Positions 16,613 to 30,592 of a stretch of 64,000 nucleotides of DNA are shown piece by piece. The notes under the pieces were generated by a model. The model worked only from the letters and a program-made list of their open reading frames with translations. It ran no database searches and was not told where the DNA came from. Numbering within the stretch: position 1 is the first letter of the stretch; the number at the start of each line of letters is the position of its first letter. The translations under genes were made by a program, and so were the position numbers. The stretch comes from Eledone cirrhosa (lineage: Eukaryota): positions 343,666,001-343,730,000 of the forward strand of contig OZ024740.1 in the NCBI GenBank assembly GCA_964016885.1, in the 5' to 3' direction.

Positions 16613-18015
16613 CTCTCTCTGTATATTTATGTGTGTTTGTGTACGTGTGTGTGCACGTGTGCGCGTGAGCTTCAATGTATGTATATCTTACATCCTCTAT
16701 CTCTCGATACATACATAATGTGTATATAGATATATAGAGAGAGAGCGAGAGACAAATAGAGAGAAAGCAGTGTATGTATGCTTATATATATGTGTGTATG
16801 TGTAAGTATGTGGGTGCGGGTGTGTATGTTTGTATAAATTTAATACGTTATAATTTTAAGATATTTCCTAACGGACGAATGTCGTACCTAGAGGGAAAAA
16901 AACAGTACTTTTAGAATTATCAAAGCAATTCTTATGATGCAATGAAAGCCTAACTGTAATAACAGAATAGCGTTCCACGGCATAAATTGACTAAATAACA
17001 CTTTTTATACCAAACTGAAGATATTTTTGGTTATCTGTCACAACCGAATATCATATGTTTTTATTTGTCTAAAAATCTTCATCTTAATTCTAACATAACG
17101 TTTGTTATGTTCTATACACCAGTTTATTAATGAGAAAGCCAGTTATATTATTAAATCCCTATGAATTTTCATAATTTTCAAAATAATTTGAAAATTATAA
17201 GCAGTGTGTTTGATGAGCAATATAGTGACGAAATGTTTAAATGCTGCGAATCTGCGCAGTAAACTAGATAAAAGCTATGTACAATAAATGTACAGATAAA
17301 AGCTATGTACAATCTCCATTTTTCTCGATAATGTCTTTTAAATCGAAATATCAAATTCACTGAGTATATCTAATTTTGTGCAAATTTCAATTCAAATACC
17401 TCAATATTCTATTTGAAACCAAAGCGATAATATACACTCATAACATAATTGCAAACGGAATGGAGTGTATTTTATTCCTGTATGTAAAATTTCATTTGTT
17501 TTACCTAAGTTCTTTTGATAAATATATATTCTGTCTATATATATATTATTCTGGTCTCAAAGGTTGATCTTACAAAGTAATACATTTTTCCGAAGCTGTT
17601 ATTGAAATTTTACAAGTTATTTCCATTATCAGTAGAGCATTTTTGATGTAGATAATTTACCTCTAAAGACTATTCCCCAGAAGCATACAGACATTCGGCT
17701 CTGCTTATAATTGTTTCTACTTTAGGCAATACTATGAACTTTGCTTTAAGACAACTCTGAAGATATAAAACTAGATTATAGGAATACATATTTCTTAGCG
17801 GTTCCAGCTGATAAAGCGAATAAAAGTATGTCTAGTTACGCATTCGTTTATCGCACAGAGCATACTTTTGACCTGGGTGAAAACACTGGATATAATTCAT
17901 ACTAATATGAATGACATGGATTCTGTTCACTTTCTTCGGGTTACAATAAAAAAAAAAACCCAATGATATGTATTATCGTAGATTTAAACACAAATCCATA
18001 TTCTTGATCTATTCG

Positions 18016-18050
<35 letters not shown>

Positions 18051-18421
18051 CTACGCCATTTAAGTGGAGAGTTTGAGGGTTTAAAGTCGAGGGACAAAAG
18101 GACGAGATGGAACACGGCCTATTAGGTAATGGGGTCGTAGCTGCTGCAGACAATAATAACTTTGGCTTTATTATATAGAAACTACGAAATATGACAGCTG
18201 TAGTGTGATAATATCTATTTTCTTCATTAGGTGGCTATTGCGGTCCATAAGCCGAGTTTGGGAGAATGAGCTGTCTGCGTCTGATTAATCGAATTCGGAG
18301 GGTGATACGGATTCTTTAGTAGGATTCATGGGTACAAGTTGGTGTTTGGTTTCGGGAGTTTGCTGAACTAATATAATATCACTGTGTAAAAATTGCCTCG
18401 TGTTTTGTTTGTTCATTTTTC

Positions 18422-18490
<69 letters not shown>

Positions 18491-18491
<1 letters not shown>

Positions 18492-20356
18492 ATACATTTC
18501 TTAAAACTGGATTCTAGTATATTTTATATTCATGAGATGAAAGAATGGTATTTAACTAATGTAATGGTACGTGATGGGACCCACCCACCGCCCCAGCGGA
18601 CAGAATGGAGAAGGCGTTTTCCCGGAGGACGGCAAGGGAGACGCGCTGGAAAAGCCACTCCAACTCGCGGGGCTCACATCTACGGCTGGCCAGCTCAGCG
18701 CCTATGGTGGTGAGTAAGGAGGTAGCCCTGGGGCCGAGAACACCAGAAGCTTCCACTGCCAGGGGAACGACCACAAACCTGTCGGAGAGCGACCGGTATT
18801 TGAGGAGTTTGCCCCCCCCCCCCAGCCCGACGTACAGCAGAACCTGGGTCAGTCGCAGACTGCACCAGCTGCGGCTGCAGAAAGTGTCGGTGCAAGTGGC
18901 ATCCCAGACGAGGGGTTTGCCACTGCGGATCGGGAAGATGGTCATGCCATCTGGCCTTTTGCCGTCCCCTCGATCCAGCCCCACCGGCTCGAGCTGGGAA
19001 GGGAAGCCTGCAGCGTCCAAGCCATGCTTAATGACCTCGTTGAGGGCAGTATGGTGTGGAATGCGGCCGGCACTGTGGCGACAGGAAAGCGGGGGGAGGC
19101 CGAAAGAGTCCACGGTGGAACCGCAGCGACATTGGTGTGGCTGGCAGATCCGGAGGCCGAGCCTCAGGGAAACGCGGATTCGCAGGCTATGGTTGTCTAG
19201 CTGCGGACCAGTGGAGGAGAGCAGAGCATGGAGCCAGGCACCACTGTGGGGTTTGGAGGCCGCACGAAAACAAGCAAGGTCGAGCTGGCGCTTGAGCCTG
19301 TCTGAGGCCAGGCTGCACTGGATGGCATCCCATGTGCGTTGGGGCGACTTTACGTCAACAGGGGGAGAAGGAGGAGGGACGTCTACTGGGCTAAGTCGCA
19401 GCCGGTCCCACGTCTCACAGGCGGCCTCACGTTCTCTGAACACAGAGGGTTCTGTTGTGTTTTGAAGAACCCTGCTGACGAGGACGCGGTACGAGGTTAC
19501 CGACGAAAGATACGCCGGCAAAGCTAGTGAGATCGGGGACCGGAGGCGTAGGCCACCATACCTGACCGGTAAAGTGGCCTGTTGCCACCCTATATCGTCA
19601 AACTTGACGTTGCATATCCCCTCGGCTGCTTCTCGGATACAAGTATCGAGGTCAGCGAGGAGAGATGTCTGGGTGTAGCATGGAGCGCTGCGGAGTGTAT
19701 AGAGGAGCTTCGGCATGGAGAAGCAGTTCCTCAGCAGAAAGAGAGCTGAGTGGGGCCGTCAATCAAGCCCAGTCGGCTCGTGAGAGTCTGGAGCTGTTGA
19801 AGCCTGGACCTGATGGTGGAGCGGATGGCCGGCGGCTGGATCGGTGACCCGAGGATGAGGAATCCTCTTTGGGGGTCACCTGAACGTGGCGTTTAATGGA
19901 CCGCACGTCCAAGACGGAGGCTGCAAAGCTCACAGCATCGAGACTGACGTTCACCACCCCTGACTTGGCCGAGACGACCTGTACGCCGATTTCCGCCAGG
20001 GCAGGAATCACCGATTGAAGGTCTTGGCAGACCGTCCGTACGGGCCCGCCCAACGTAGCATCATACAGATACCAAACGTTTCGAGGGGCCGTGATACTCC
20101 GGGCGATGTGGTCAATACCAAGGGCGAACAGGAGGGGTCCCAAAGGGTCACCCTGTTGGACCCCAGTTTCCGAGGGTATGACCGTATCAGCAGCTAGGAG
20201 CATGCACGGGACTCCATATGACAGGTAGGCCAGCAGGTAGGCAGAGGGGGCTCGGCTGAGGCAGGCCTCGAGCAGATGATCCCGGCGTAAATAGTTAAAG
20301 GCATTCCTCATGTCAAACTTGACAATGAGGTGCCTGGAGTCCCTGGATGCCGGTAC
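18491..20356 (-). mobile_element. 5'-truncated CRE-clade non-LTR retrotransposon (RT plus restriction-like endonuclease), frameshifted
   Basis: ORF 19763-20311 has DMRNAFN, GVQQGDPLGPLLF and WYLYD (degenerate YLDD). ORF 18556-19716 has a CRCG..LSC zinc finger, EP..DGKRPDG and WDAT RLE motifs. GC-rich island within (TA)n. Confidence 0.88.
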
Positions 20357-20544
20357 CGATGGGCAGCTGCTGAAGATATCGAGCTGCTGTTTTGATATCG
20401 ATCAGGTCGGGTTTGATAAGGCTCTTGATAAGATCCCTGCTCTTAATCGACACCTCCTCAGATATGCAAGTTTACATGGGTGGTCCCATCCATGTATATA
20501 TATATATATATATTTTGTTTTTCCTTTACCTTTACCTAAATATA

Positions 20545-20650
<106 letters not shown>

Positions 20651-21037
20651 AGTTTTATACCAAATGTTAGTGTTAATATTCCATTCGTTTACAAGCAAAC
20701 AGCCTCAATACGATATGCATTTTAGAGGACCATCGTCATCCGTTGGTTCAAGCAGTGGAAGCGATAAACAGCCAATATGTTTCTGGGTTACTGCCCTTTG
20801 TCAAGACTGTCTATTTCTCTGTCACCGGCTTGATCTGGTGAAAATATATAATATTTAGTAAAGTATACGTCGGCTGATTAGCCGCGCATGCAAAGCTAGC
20901 CGTAAAATCGGTCGGTATGTAAATGAGGTTAATCCATCGAAGTTAACAAAGAAATTATTAGATCTACATAGCAAAGTTTTAAAATTGTAAAATTATGAAA
21001 TTAAATTGTTATAAAACACCAACTACAAGTGAAGTCA

Positions 21038-21076
<39 letters not shown>

Positions 21077-21109
21077 CCCCACCCTCTCTCTCTCTCTCTC
21101 TCTCGCCCC

Positions 21110-22275
<1,166 letters not shown>

Positions 22276-22276
<1 letters not shown>

Positions 22277-22535
22277 AAAGAATAGAGGTGTAACACACGA
22301 GTTATGATATATTGGTAAACGGAAAAGAAAATGCTGACAAATTGTTCACAGTGAAAAATAGTTTAATTAGGAATTAGTGAACATTAGTAATAGTATTGGT
22401 TAGTATTCAGTTTTGGTTTTAAGTTTTACCAAAACTGAATACTAACCAATACTATTACTAATTTTCACTAATTCCTAATTAAACTATTTTTGACTGTGAA
22501 CAATTTGTCAGCATTTTCTTTTCCGTTTACCAATA
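22276..22535. mobile_element. Fold-back element family D (short copy)
   Basis: Palindrome with a one-sided extension; homologous to 31651-32054; TA flanks. Confidence 0.75.
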
Positions 22536-22665
22536 TATATATATATAATATAGTAATGGCTTCTACAGGACGAGAACTGATTAATTGGAAGGAAATCATC
22601 TACTAATGCATTGAATAACTTACAATGCTTGCCCGCGAACCCGGGACTTTCTCTTTCTCCCTCCC

Positions 22666-22718
<53 letters not shown>

Positions 22719-22828
22719 CACACACACACACATATATGTATGTATATATATATATATACATACATTTATGAATTCACCCCACCACCCGCCCCAACACACA
22801 CACAGTGACACACACACACACACACATA

Positions 22829-22889
<61 letters not shown>

Positions 22890-23340
22890 CATAGATGCAT
22901 TCGATATTGATAGTGAGCAGTGATCTTGTTAACGGATCATGTTCATCAAGATTTCATATAACGGAGGGAAGAGAGGCTCCAGCACTGATACATACATGCA
23001 GGGAAGAATTTCGTGGAAGATGGTGACAAAGGGAGAAATAATAAAAGCGGGAGAAAATAACAAGGGAGAAGGGACAGTGGAAGATGGAGATAGGAGAGAG
23101 ATTGAAGGAGATAGAGTGAGAGGCAGAGAGAGAGTAAGTGCAAGAGAGAAAGATATAACGGAAGTGTATGTCAACGGGTGTATCTTGTTAGAACTGATTC
23201 GGGCGATATTCCGAGTTTATTTACTCAGAACTGTGGGTGGCAAGCATATGTATACATCTCACACACTCTCTTTCTTTTTCTCTCTCTTTTTCTATCGTAT
23301 ACACACATATATATAGACATATATACACATATTAAAAGTG

Positions 23341-23379
<39 letters not shown>

Positions 23380-23459
23380 CATACACACACACACTCACAC
23401 GCTTGCACACACACTCACATACACACACACACATATATAGATCTACATATGCATATATA

Positions 23460-23789
23460 CAGTGGAATCTTGGTTAACGAACGCTGCTCACCACGAACAA
23501 GTCGGTTCACTAACAACTATTCCGGACATAAAACGTCTCGGTTGACCAATGGTGTCTCCAGTAACGAACAGCGAGCCGGTAACAACGGTTGCCAACTAGA
23601 TTGGAGTGTCGGTGGGAAAGTGCCACTTGTTGTGTAGTTAGTTACTATGGTGATATTTATCTGTCTTTCATACACAGTCTCTCTCTTACTGTATTTCTCT
23701 CTCAACATTTCATATAGTTTCGGTTTACGAACATTTCAGATGACAACAGGCCTCTGGAACGAATTAAGTCGTGAACCGAGGTTCAACTC
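23460..23789. mobile_element. Tc1/pogo (Tigger-like) MITE
   Basis: Imperfect TIR CAGTGGAATCTTGGTTAACGA vs TCGTGAACCGAGGTTCAACTC, with TA on both sides. Confidence 0.7.
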
Positions 23790-23899
23790 TATATAAATAT
23801 TCATATTTATATTTACATATATACAATGCTTATCAACTTGTGACCTTATACCAGAGAGGGAATGAAAGTGAGAGAAAGGAAGTAAGAAAGAGATATAGA

Positions 23900-24060
23900 G
23901 GAAGAATCGACCACAGAACTGGACTGGTACTTTTTTAATCGACCTCGAAAGGATGAAAGGCAAAGTTGACCTTTGGGGTTTGAACTGAGCGAGCAGAAAG
24001 CCAGAACGAATGCCACAAAGCACTCGATCGGACGTTCTAACGACTCTGCCAAATCGCCGC
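23900..24060 (-). mobile_element. Older S1-related SINE
   Basis: CTGGTACTT..ATCGACCTCGAAAGGATGAAAGGCAAAGTTGACC, a B box and head CTGCCAAATCGCCGC on the plus strand. Confidence 0.75.
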
Positions 24061-24153
24061 TGCATGGATGTATGTATGCATGTATGTATGTATGTATGTA
24101 TGTATGTATGTATGTATGTATGTATGTATGTATGTATGTATGTATGTATGTAT

Positions 24154-24610
24154 GGTGGTGCTACTGGTAACATGTATCCCAGTACAACCTGTCTCATGGT
24201 CGGGTTCGTTGGCGACTAAACTGGCAACCCCACCAAGGTTTCTTGGTGAGGAGGGTGACTTTGGACATCCTGCAGGACTAAAAACAAAAACTGTCAAAGG
24301 GCAAAGGAGCTCTTAAGAGTCAATGGCCATCCAAAATCACCGAGAGAGATGACCTCTTAGCCTTTGTCAAGGCAGAATTCTAGGAGAAGGAAAACTCTGA
24401 TATAACACCTGCAACCCTGATGGTATCCAATGATGTTGACTTGTTCTTATTTTTGGTAAATATCAATAATTTTCACAAGTGTAGTGTTTGTACCAGATTT
24501 TTCAAGTCGCTGGCTGGACTAAAAAGTCACACTCGTTCAGCGCATCGGTAGGGTTCTTCTACATGGATATAAAGTAGTGGCCGTACTCGAAAACGAGTTG
24601 GCAGCCGCCA
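24154..24610 (+). mobile_element. Retroposon family R copy with intact 5' region and an internal deletion
   Basis: Starts GGTGGTGCTACTGGTAAC, contains CTAGGAGAAGGAAAACTCTGA, lacks about 150 bp present in 45154-45714, (TGTA)n on both sides. Confidence 0.85.
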
Positions 24611-25082
24611 TGTATGTATGTATGTATGTATGTATGTATGTATGTATGTATGTATGTATGTATGTATGTATGTGTGTATGTGTGTATGTATGCAGTGGCG
24701 GACTGGCCAGGTTGCCAGGTTGCCCAATAGCATGTGGGCCCCAGTGGCTTAAGGTAGCATTGCAAGAACCCACAGTAACATTGCAGGGCCCACTGTAGTA
24801 TTTTAGGGGCCAATGCTTTGCTTTAAAAAATACTTGAAATCTAAGAGAAAGAATAACATTTTTAAAACAATAAAGAAAACAATTAAGCACAGTATTTGGT
24901 CAACCAATTCTCCAGGGAATTACTAGAAAGCAAATTATACGATAGTGCAAATAGCTGGAATCAGTGATTGTACATTCTACTGAATCTAAAGCTTAGTGTA
25001 TTCATTCATGCATGGAGACATACATATATAGATACAGACACACAAGCATATATACTTACACATGAACTACTGACCAAATAAT

Positions 25083-25177
25083 TGTTTCTACTTCAGGCAC
25101 AATGCCAGCAATTAACCAGTGTATTACTGGTACTTTATTTTATCGACCCCGTAAGGATGAAAGGCAAAGTCAACCTC
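25083..25177 (-). mobile_element. 5'-truncated SINE S1 with 14-bp TSD
   Basis: TSD ACTGACCAAATAAT at 25069-25082 and 25178-25191. Confidence 0.85.
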
Positions 25178-25247
25178 ACTGACCAAATAATATTTGGTAT
25201 CAGTGGGGTAAAGACATCTGTCAAATCAATCAGTGGTGAAGGTGGTG

Positions 25248-25560
<313 letters not shown>

Positions 25561-25646
25561 GTTGTGCAAGATAGATAGATACACACACACACACACACAC
25601 ATATATATATTGAGTGAGTATGAAAGACCAAAGGTCATTATTGAAA

Positions 25647-25835
25647 TTGGCAGTATCGGTGAGCGGTGAATTGGCAGTATCGGTCGTACGCCATGCTTTC
25701 CAGCATAGTTACGTCCCTTTACGGTCAAATCCCGTCGAGGTTAACTTTGCCTTTCATCCTTACGGAGTGGATACAATAAAGTACCAGTAATGCACTAGGT
25801 AATTGCTGGCCTTGTGCCAAAAGTAGAAACAATTA
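25647..25835 (+). mobile_element. SINE S1 with duplicated head
   Basis: TTGGCAGTATCGGT occurs twice; flanked by ATTATTGAAA (probable TSD). Confidence 0.85.
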
Positions 25836-26141
25836 TTGAAAGTCTCTGGATTTCACAAAATATATAATATTTTAGTAGATTCAAATATCACAGAGAGAAA
25901 GATGGAGAGAGAGAGAGAGGGCGGAGAGAAATGTGGTACGACAGAAATGAAACAAGTTAAATTTTAGTCTAGATAGATGAGAAACAAAACGAGGATGTAG
26001 TTTATGGAACAACCAAATGATTTAGAAGTCGACCTTAAGTAGGAGCAATAACATTAAGACATGAACGACACCACATCAATTTGTTTTGAAAATTTTGAAA
26101 GTAGGTATATAAGTATGAATTTTCATAAAATTTTCGTAGTT

Positions 26142-26214
26142 GTCTCTGTGGTCTAGCGGTAGGTACTAGAGACGGTAGAGATCCTATCATTGGATTCAAT
26201 CCTGGTCAAGAGAT
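26142..26214 (+). other. Degenerate tRNA-like / Pol III unit
   Basis: A box TGGTCTAGCGG, B-box-like GGATTCAATCC, downstream oligo-T. Confidence 0.5.
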
Positions 26215-26283
26215 ACAAATAAGCTTTTTCAGTTTTTATTTTACAACCAATAGAAAAAAACGGAAAAGGTTTACCGGGAACCC

Positions 26284-26356
26284 TACTCCCGACAAGGATC
26301 GAACCAGAGACCAGGATCGCAACCGTCTATAATTCCTCCAACTAGGCCACCGAGGC
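26284..26356 (-). other. Degenerate tRNA-like / Pol III unit convergent with 26142-26214
   Basis: A box TGGCCTAGTTGG, B box GGTTCGATCC, downstream oligo-T on the minus strand. Confidence 0.5.
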
Positions 26357-26772
26357 AGCTATAACAGTATAATGAAAATTGATAATTATAAACCTACTTT
26401 CCAAATCAAATTTAAAAAGATGGCGTTGCTAGAGCTATTAGTAATATTAGGGTCGACTTCTGGTCATTATTGAAACTGGATTTCGCAAAATACATAATAT
26501 TTTTTATTGGAGAAGGTAAGATATTTTTCCGCAAAAATTTGATTGCACTGTTTTGTTTCCACTTATGCATTTTTCGAAAATGTTATTTATTCATTATAAA
26601 AATTAAATGATAGCATTCTATATATAGGTGGGCCCCCTTCATCTCCTGGCAACCAATAATTTTAGACCCAGTCCGCCACTGTATGTATGTATGTATGTAT
26701 GTATGTATGTATGTATGTATGTATGTATGTAGATATGCTTATGTGTGTGCGTGTGTGTGTATATGTGTGTGA

Positions 26773-26814
<42 letters not shown>

Positions 26815-26831
26815 GTGTGTATATGTGTATG

Positions 26832-26876
<45 letters not shown>

Positions 26877-26890
26877 CTTTTTTTTTTTTC

Positions 26891-26921
<31 letters not shown>

Positions 26922-26930
26922 TTTCTTCTC

Positions 26931-27941
26931 GTGTAATGGCCATACTCGATAACGAGGGGGCAGCCATCATCATGTATGTATGTATGTATGTATGTATGTA
27001 TGTATGTATGTTAAACCACTGGGAGTGAAGGACCCCTAGTCCTTATCAGGGCATTCTTCTAGGAGAAGGCAACTCAGGAAACTGGGATAACTCCGATATA
27101 AAACCTCCGGCTCAGTAGTTACCGATGATGTTGATCTTTTCTTCTTTTCGGGTTATAGCTACTGTCGCTCAGAGAGTGGGATTGGCTCAGTGCACAGTTT
27201 CTCCTCACTTTAATAAAAATCTTCACGCACAACCATTGTATGATAGAATTTATTAATAATGGTACATCGTGCAATGGCCATACTCGATCACGAGGGGGCA
27301 GCCATCATGTATGTTTGTATGTCAGTCGGGTCACTCTTGAGTGCTACTGGTAACATGTAACCCAGTACAACCTGTCGCATGGTCGGTTCGTCGGCGACTA
27401 AACCGGCAACCCCACCAAGTTTACTTGGTGAGGAGGGTGATTTTGGACACCCTGCAGGACAAAAAACAAAACCTGACAAAGGGCGGAAGAGTCAACGGCC
27501 ATACAAAAGTGTGTAAATATGTATATACACATGTACATGTGTATGTATAATGTATATGTGTATATACATGGGTGTATGTGTGTGTATATGTGCGGGGACA
27601 TAGAAATAGTCGGGCCGGACACCCGATCGCGCGGTTAAACCACTGGGAGTGAAGGACCCCTAGCCTTTGTCAGGACATTCTTCGATGAGAAGGCAACTCA
27701 GGAAACTGGGATAACTCCTATATAAAACCTGCGACCCAGTAGTTACCGATGATGTTGATCTTTTCTTCTTTTCGGGTTATAGCAACTGTTGCTCAGAGAG
27801 TGGGATTGGCTCAGTGCACAGTCTTTCCTCACTTTAAAAAAATCTTCACGCACAGGCATTGCATGATAGAATTAATTAATAATTATTAATAATGGTATAT
27901 CGTGCAATGACCATACTCGATAACGAGGGGGGAAGTCATCA
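26931..27941 (+). mobile_element. Three head-to-tail copies of retroposon family R2 (26931-26972, 27011-27307, 27321-27941)
   Basis: Each ends GGCCATACTCGAT.ACGAGGGGG..G.CATCA followed by (TGTA)n. The 5' region is homologous to family R. Confidence 0.85.
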
Positions 27942-28433
27942 TGTATGTATGTATGTATGTATGTATAAACACATACATGTGTGTGTGTTTGTATATACGT
28001 ATGTATGTATGTATAAATCCATGTGCGTTTTTATATAAATATGTATATACTCAAATATCTACTTACATACACGTACACACACGTACACACACGTACACAC
28101 ACGTACACACACACAAACACACACGCATACATATCTCTCTCTCACATGATGAGCCAGTCTAAGGCTCATGAAACCACTTAGGTACCTTCTAAGATTGGTG
28201 GGAAGGTTGAAAACATCCTGAAACCGGAGAATTGGCATTTGTGCTTACAACAGAATAGATACAAGTATCCAAGGGTGATATAGCAGCGTTAAACTCGACT
28301 ATCTATTTAGCTGACAATCCGAATAGTCGACATCGCGATTTGAACTCTGAGCATAAGGTACTGCAAACAACTCCTTAAGGCATTTGTGTGTGTGTAAGTT
28401 TGTGTGTGTGTGTGAGTGTGTGTGTGTGTGTGC

Positions 28434-28524
<91 letters not shown>

Positions 28525-29140
28525 TGTGTGTGTCTGTCTGTGTCTGTGTGTGTGTGTTTGTAGACGCATAATTCTATATAAAGTAACCTCCGATGAACTT
28601 ACGAGAACTACACCCAGAAATATATACATTATATAGAAAACGCCGCGCACTCTAACACATACAAACACACGAATGTTTGTATATATGCGTGCCTGTTTAT
28701 GTATATGTATGTATGTGTATATATGTGTGTCTGTGTTTAAAGTGCCAAAGAATAATTTGAGAAGGAAGTGATCTAAAGATAGAAAAAATATGAATTTACT
28801 TAGATAACAATAGAAAGAAAGAAGTGTAAACGAGAGATTCAGATAAAAAATAAGCATAGGGAAAGAGAACGTGATAGTGTGAGAGAGGATAAGGAAAAGA
28901 AAGAAAGAAAGATAGATAGAAAAAGAAAGAGAGGAAAAAGAAAGAAAGAAAGAAAGAGAGAAGGAGATAACAAAATGTAATTCCAGTAAAATTGAGAGTA
29001 AGGCAACTACATCATCCTTGAGAGTAATTGAGAGTTAGAGAAACCAAGAGAGAATGAGTGAGAGAGATTAAGTGAAAAACAGTTATGATAGATCTTATAT
29101 AATAAGCACGTGTTAAGAAGAATTTTAGTGCAATGCTGAG

Positions 29141-29175
<35 letters not shown>

Positions 29176-29183
29176 ATGAATGC

Positions 29184-29267
<84 letters not shown>

Positions 29268-29275
29268 ATGAATGC

Positions 29276-29335
<60 letters not shown>

Positions 29336-29376
29336 GTGTGTGTGTGTATATATATATATACATATATATATATATG

Positions 29377-29451
<75 letters not shown>

Positions 29452-29457
29452 ATATAC

Positions 29458-29491
<34 letters not shown>

Positions 29492-29929
29492 GTATATATA
29501 TATGTGTGTCTGATTATATATATATATATATACATATATATATACATATATATATATGTATATATATATATATATGCCACACATACATACAGATATATAC
29601 CAGTCTAGATATAGACAGTGGGAGACAGACTGAAAGGAAAAGAGATAGTGAGCGAGAAACTTATTGTCTAATGCTCTTTAGGAAGTTGAAATCCTCCCAA
29701 ATGTTTCCGTGCTTTGTTTTTTGTAGGTGTTTTCTTTTCTCGTCCCATATAGAATATCTACAGATATAGTGTGTCTTTCTTTTCAGAAATCTGAAGTTGA
29801 TTCCGGGTGGGGCATTTAACATTTTATCAGTAGCAAAATGTCACTTAATCTTAATTAAAAGTACGTAGCCAACGTCTTTGTGCGCACCCACAGACATATA
29901 TATATGCATAGTGTATATATATATATATA

Positions 29930-29985
<56 letters not shown>

Positions 29986-30058
29986 TATAAATGAATGAAG
30001 AATGGCGTGCTGCGTTGTTGCGAACATAAACATATGAATAAAAATAGACAAGGGGTAA

Positions 30059-30121
30059 AATGTCCTCATCAGTAGTCTGGTGTTTATCGTTGGTATTTCG
30101 ACGCATTAAAGACTAGATACC
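30059..30121 (-). ncRNA. Candidate non-circularly permuted hammerhead ribozyme
   Basis: Minus strand: GGTA-TC-TAGTCT-tt-AATGCGTC-GAAA-TACC-13 nt-AGACTA-CTGATGA-GGACATT. Confidence 0.55.
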
Positions 30122-30321
30122 TAAAATCAGTGCGAGCGATAACTCAATTAAGTTATCGGGACAGTGGGAAAACAGAGGGAAGGAAACAAACACATGGTGG
30201 TATGCAACGTAAAGAGAGGAACACAGAGACAAGTCAATGAATCCTGTGGGCTTAAGTCCGACAAATCAAATTGATGAGGAGAAATAGACACGTCCGAGCC
30301 GCGAGAAGATTGAGAGAGGAA

Positions 30322-30372
<51 letters not shown>

Positions 30373-30413
30373 CGAAACATAAATCAATTACATGAACTCA
30401 TAATCCTTTATTT

Positions 30414-30469
30414 ACTGCTATATATATTTCGATGATAGCCATTGAATGGCTATGACCTCATCAGGCAGT
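30414..30469 (-). ncRNA. Canonical minimal type I hammerhead ribozyme
   Basis: ACTGC-CTGATGA-GGTCATAGCCAT-TCA-ATGGCTATCATC-GAAA-TATATA-TA-GCAGT followed by AATAAA, in a 164-bp island (30369-30532) between (TA)n runs. Confidence 0.85.
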
Positions 30470-30528
30470 TAGTCAGTTCTTAGATATGCCAGCTCTGTAT
30501 TTATAGTGTTGATGGCATCAGAGCCTTG

Positions 30529-30586
<58 letters not shown>

Positions 30587-30592
<6 letters not shown>

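Noticed and set aside
17650-17705. Possible minus-strand exon ending at a GTAAAT donor
   Set aside because: Too short, no homology recognised, no partner exons.
18605-19465. 286-aa plus-strand ORF
   Set aside because: Antisense shadow of the GC-rich CRE ORF.
20860-20920. CTGATTA...AAAATCGGTC, resembling a hammerhead
   Set aside because: Multiple core mismatches; not supportable.
26142-26356. Functional tRNA genes
   Set aside because: Anticodon and acceptor stems are broken; kept only as tRNA-like units.
27321-27510. HDV-like ribozyme in the family R2 5' end
   Set aside because: ACTCTT/AAGAGT could be P1, but the canonical L3, P1.1 and J4/2 motifs were not found.
28140-28230. ATGAGCC/GGCTCAT hairpin plus GAAACC..GGTA-CCTTC/GAAGG, HHR-like
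   Set aside because: No intact CUGANGA in register with a helix II; probably a decayed repeat.
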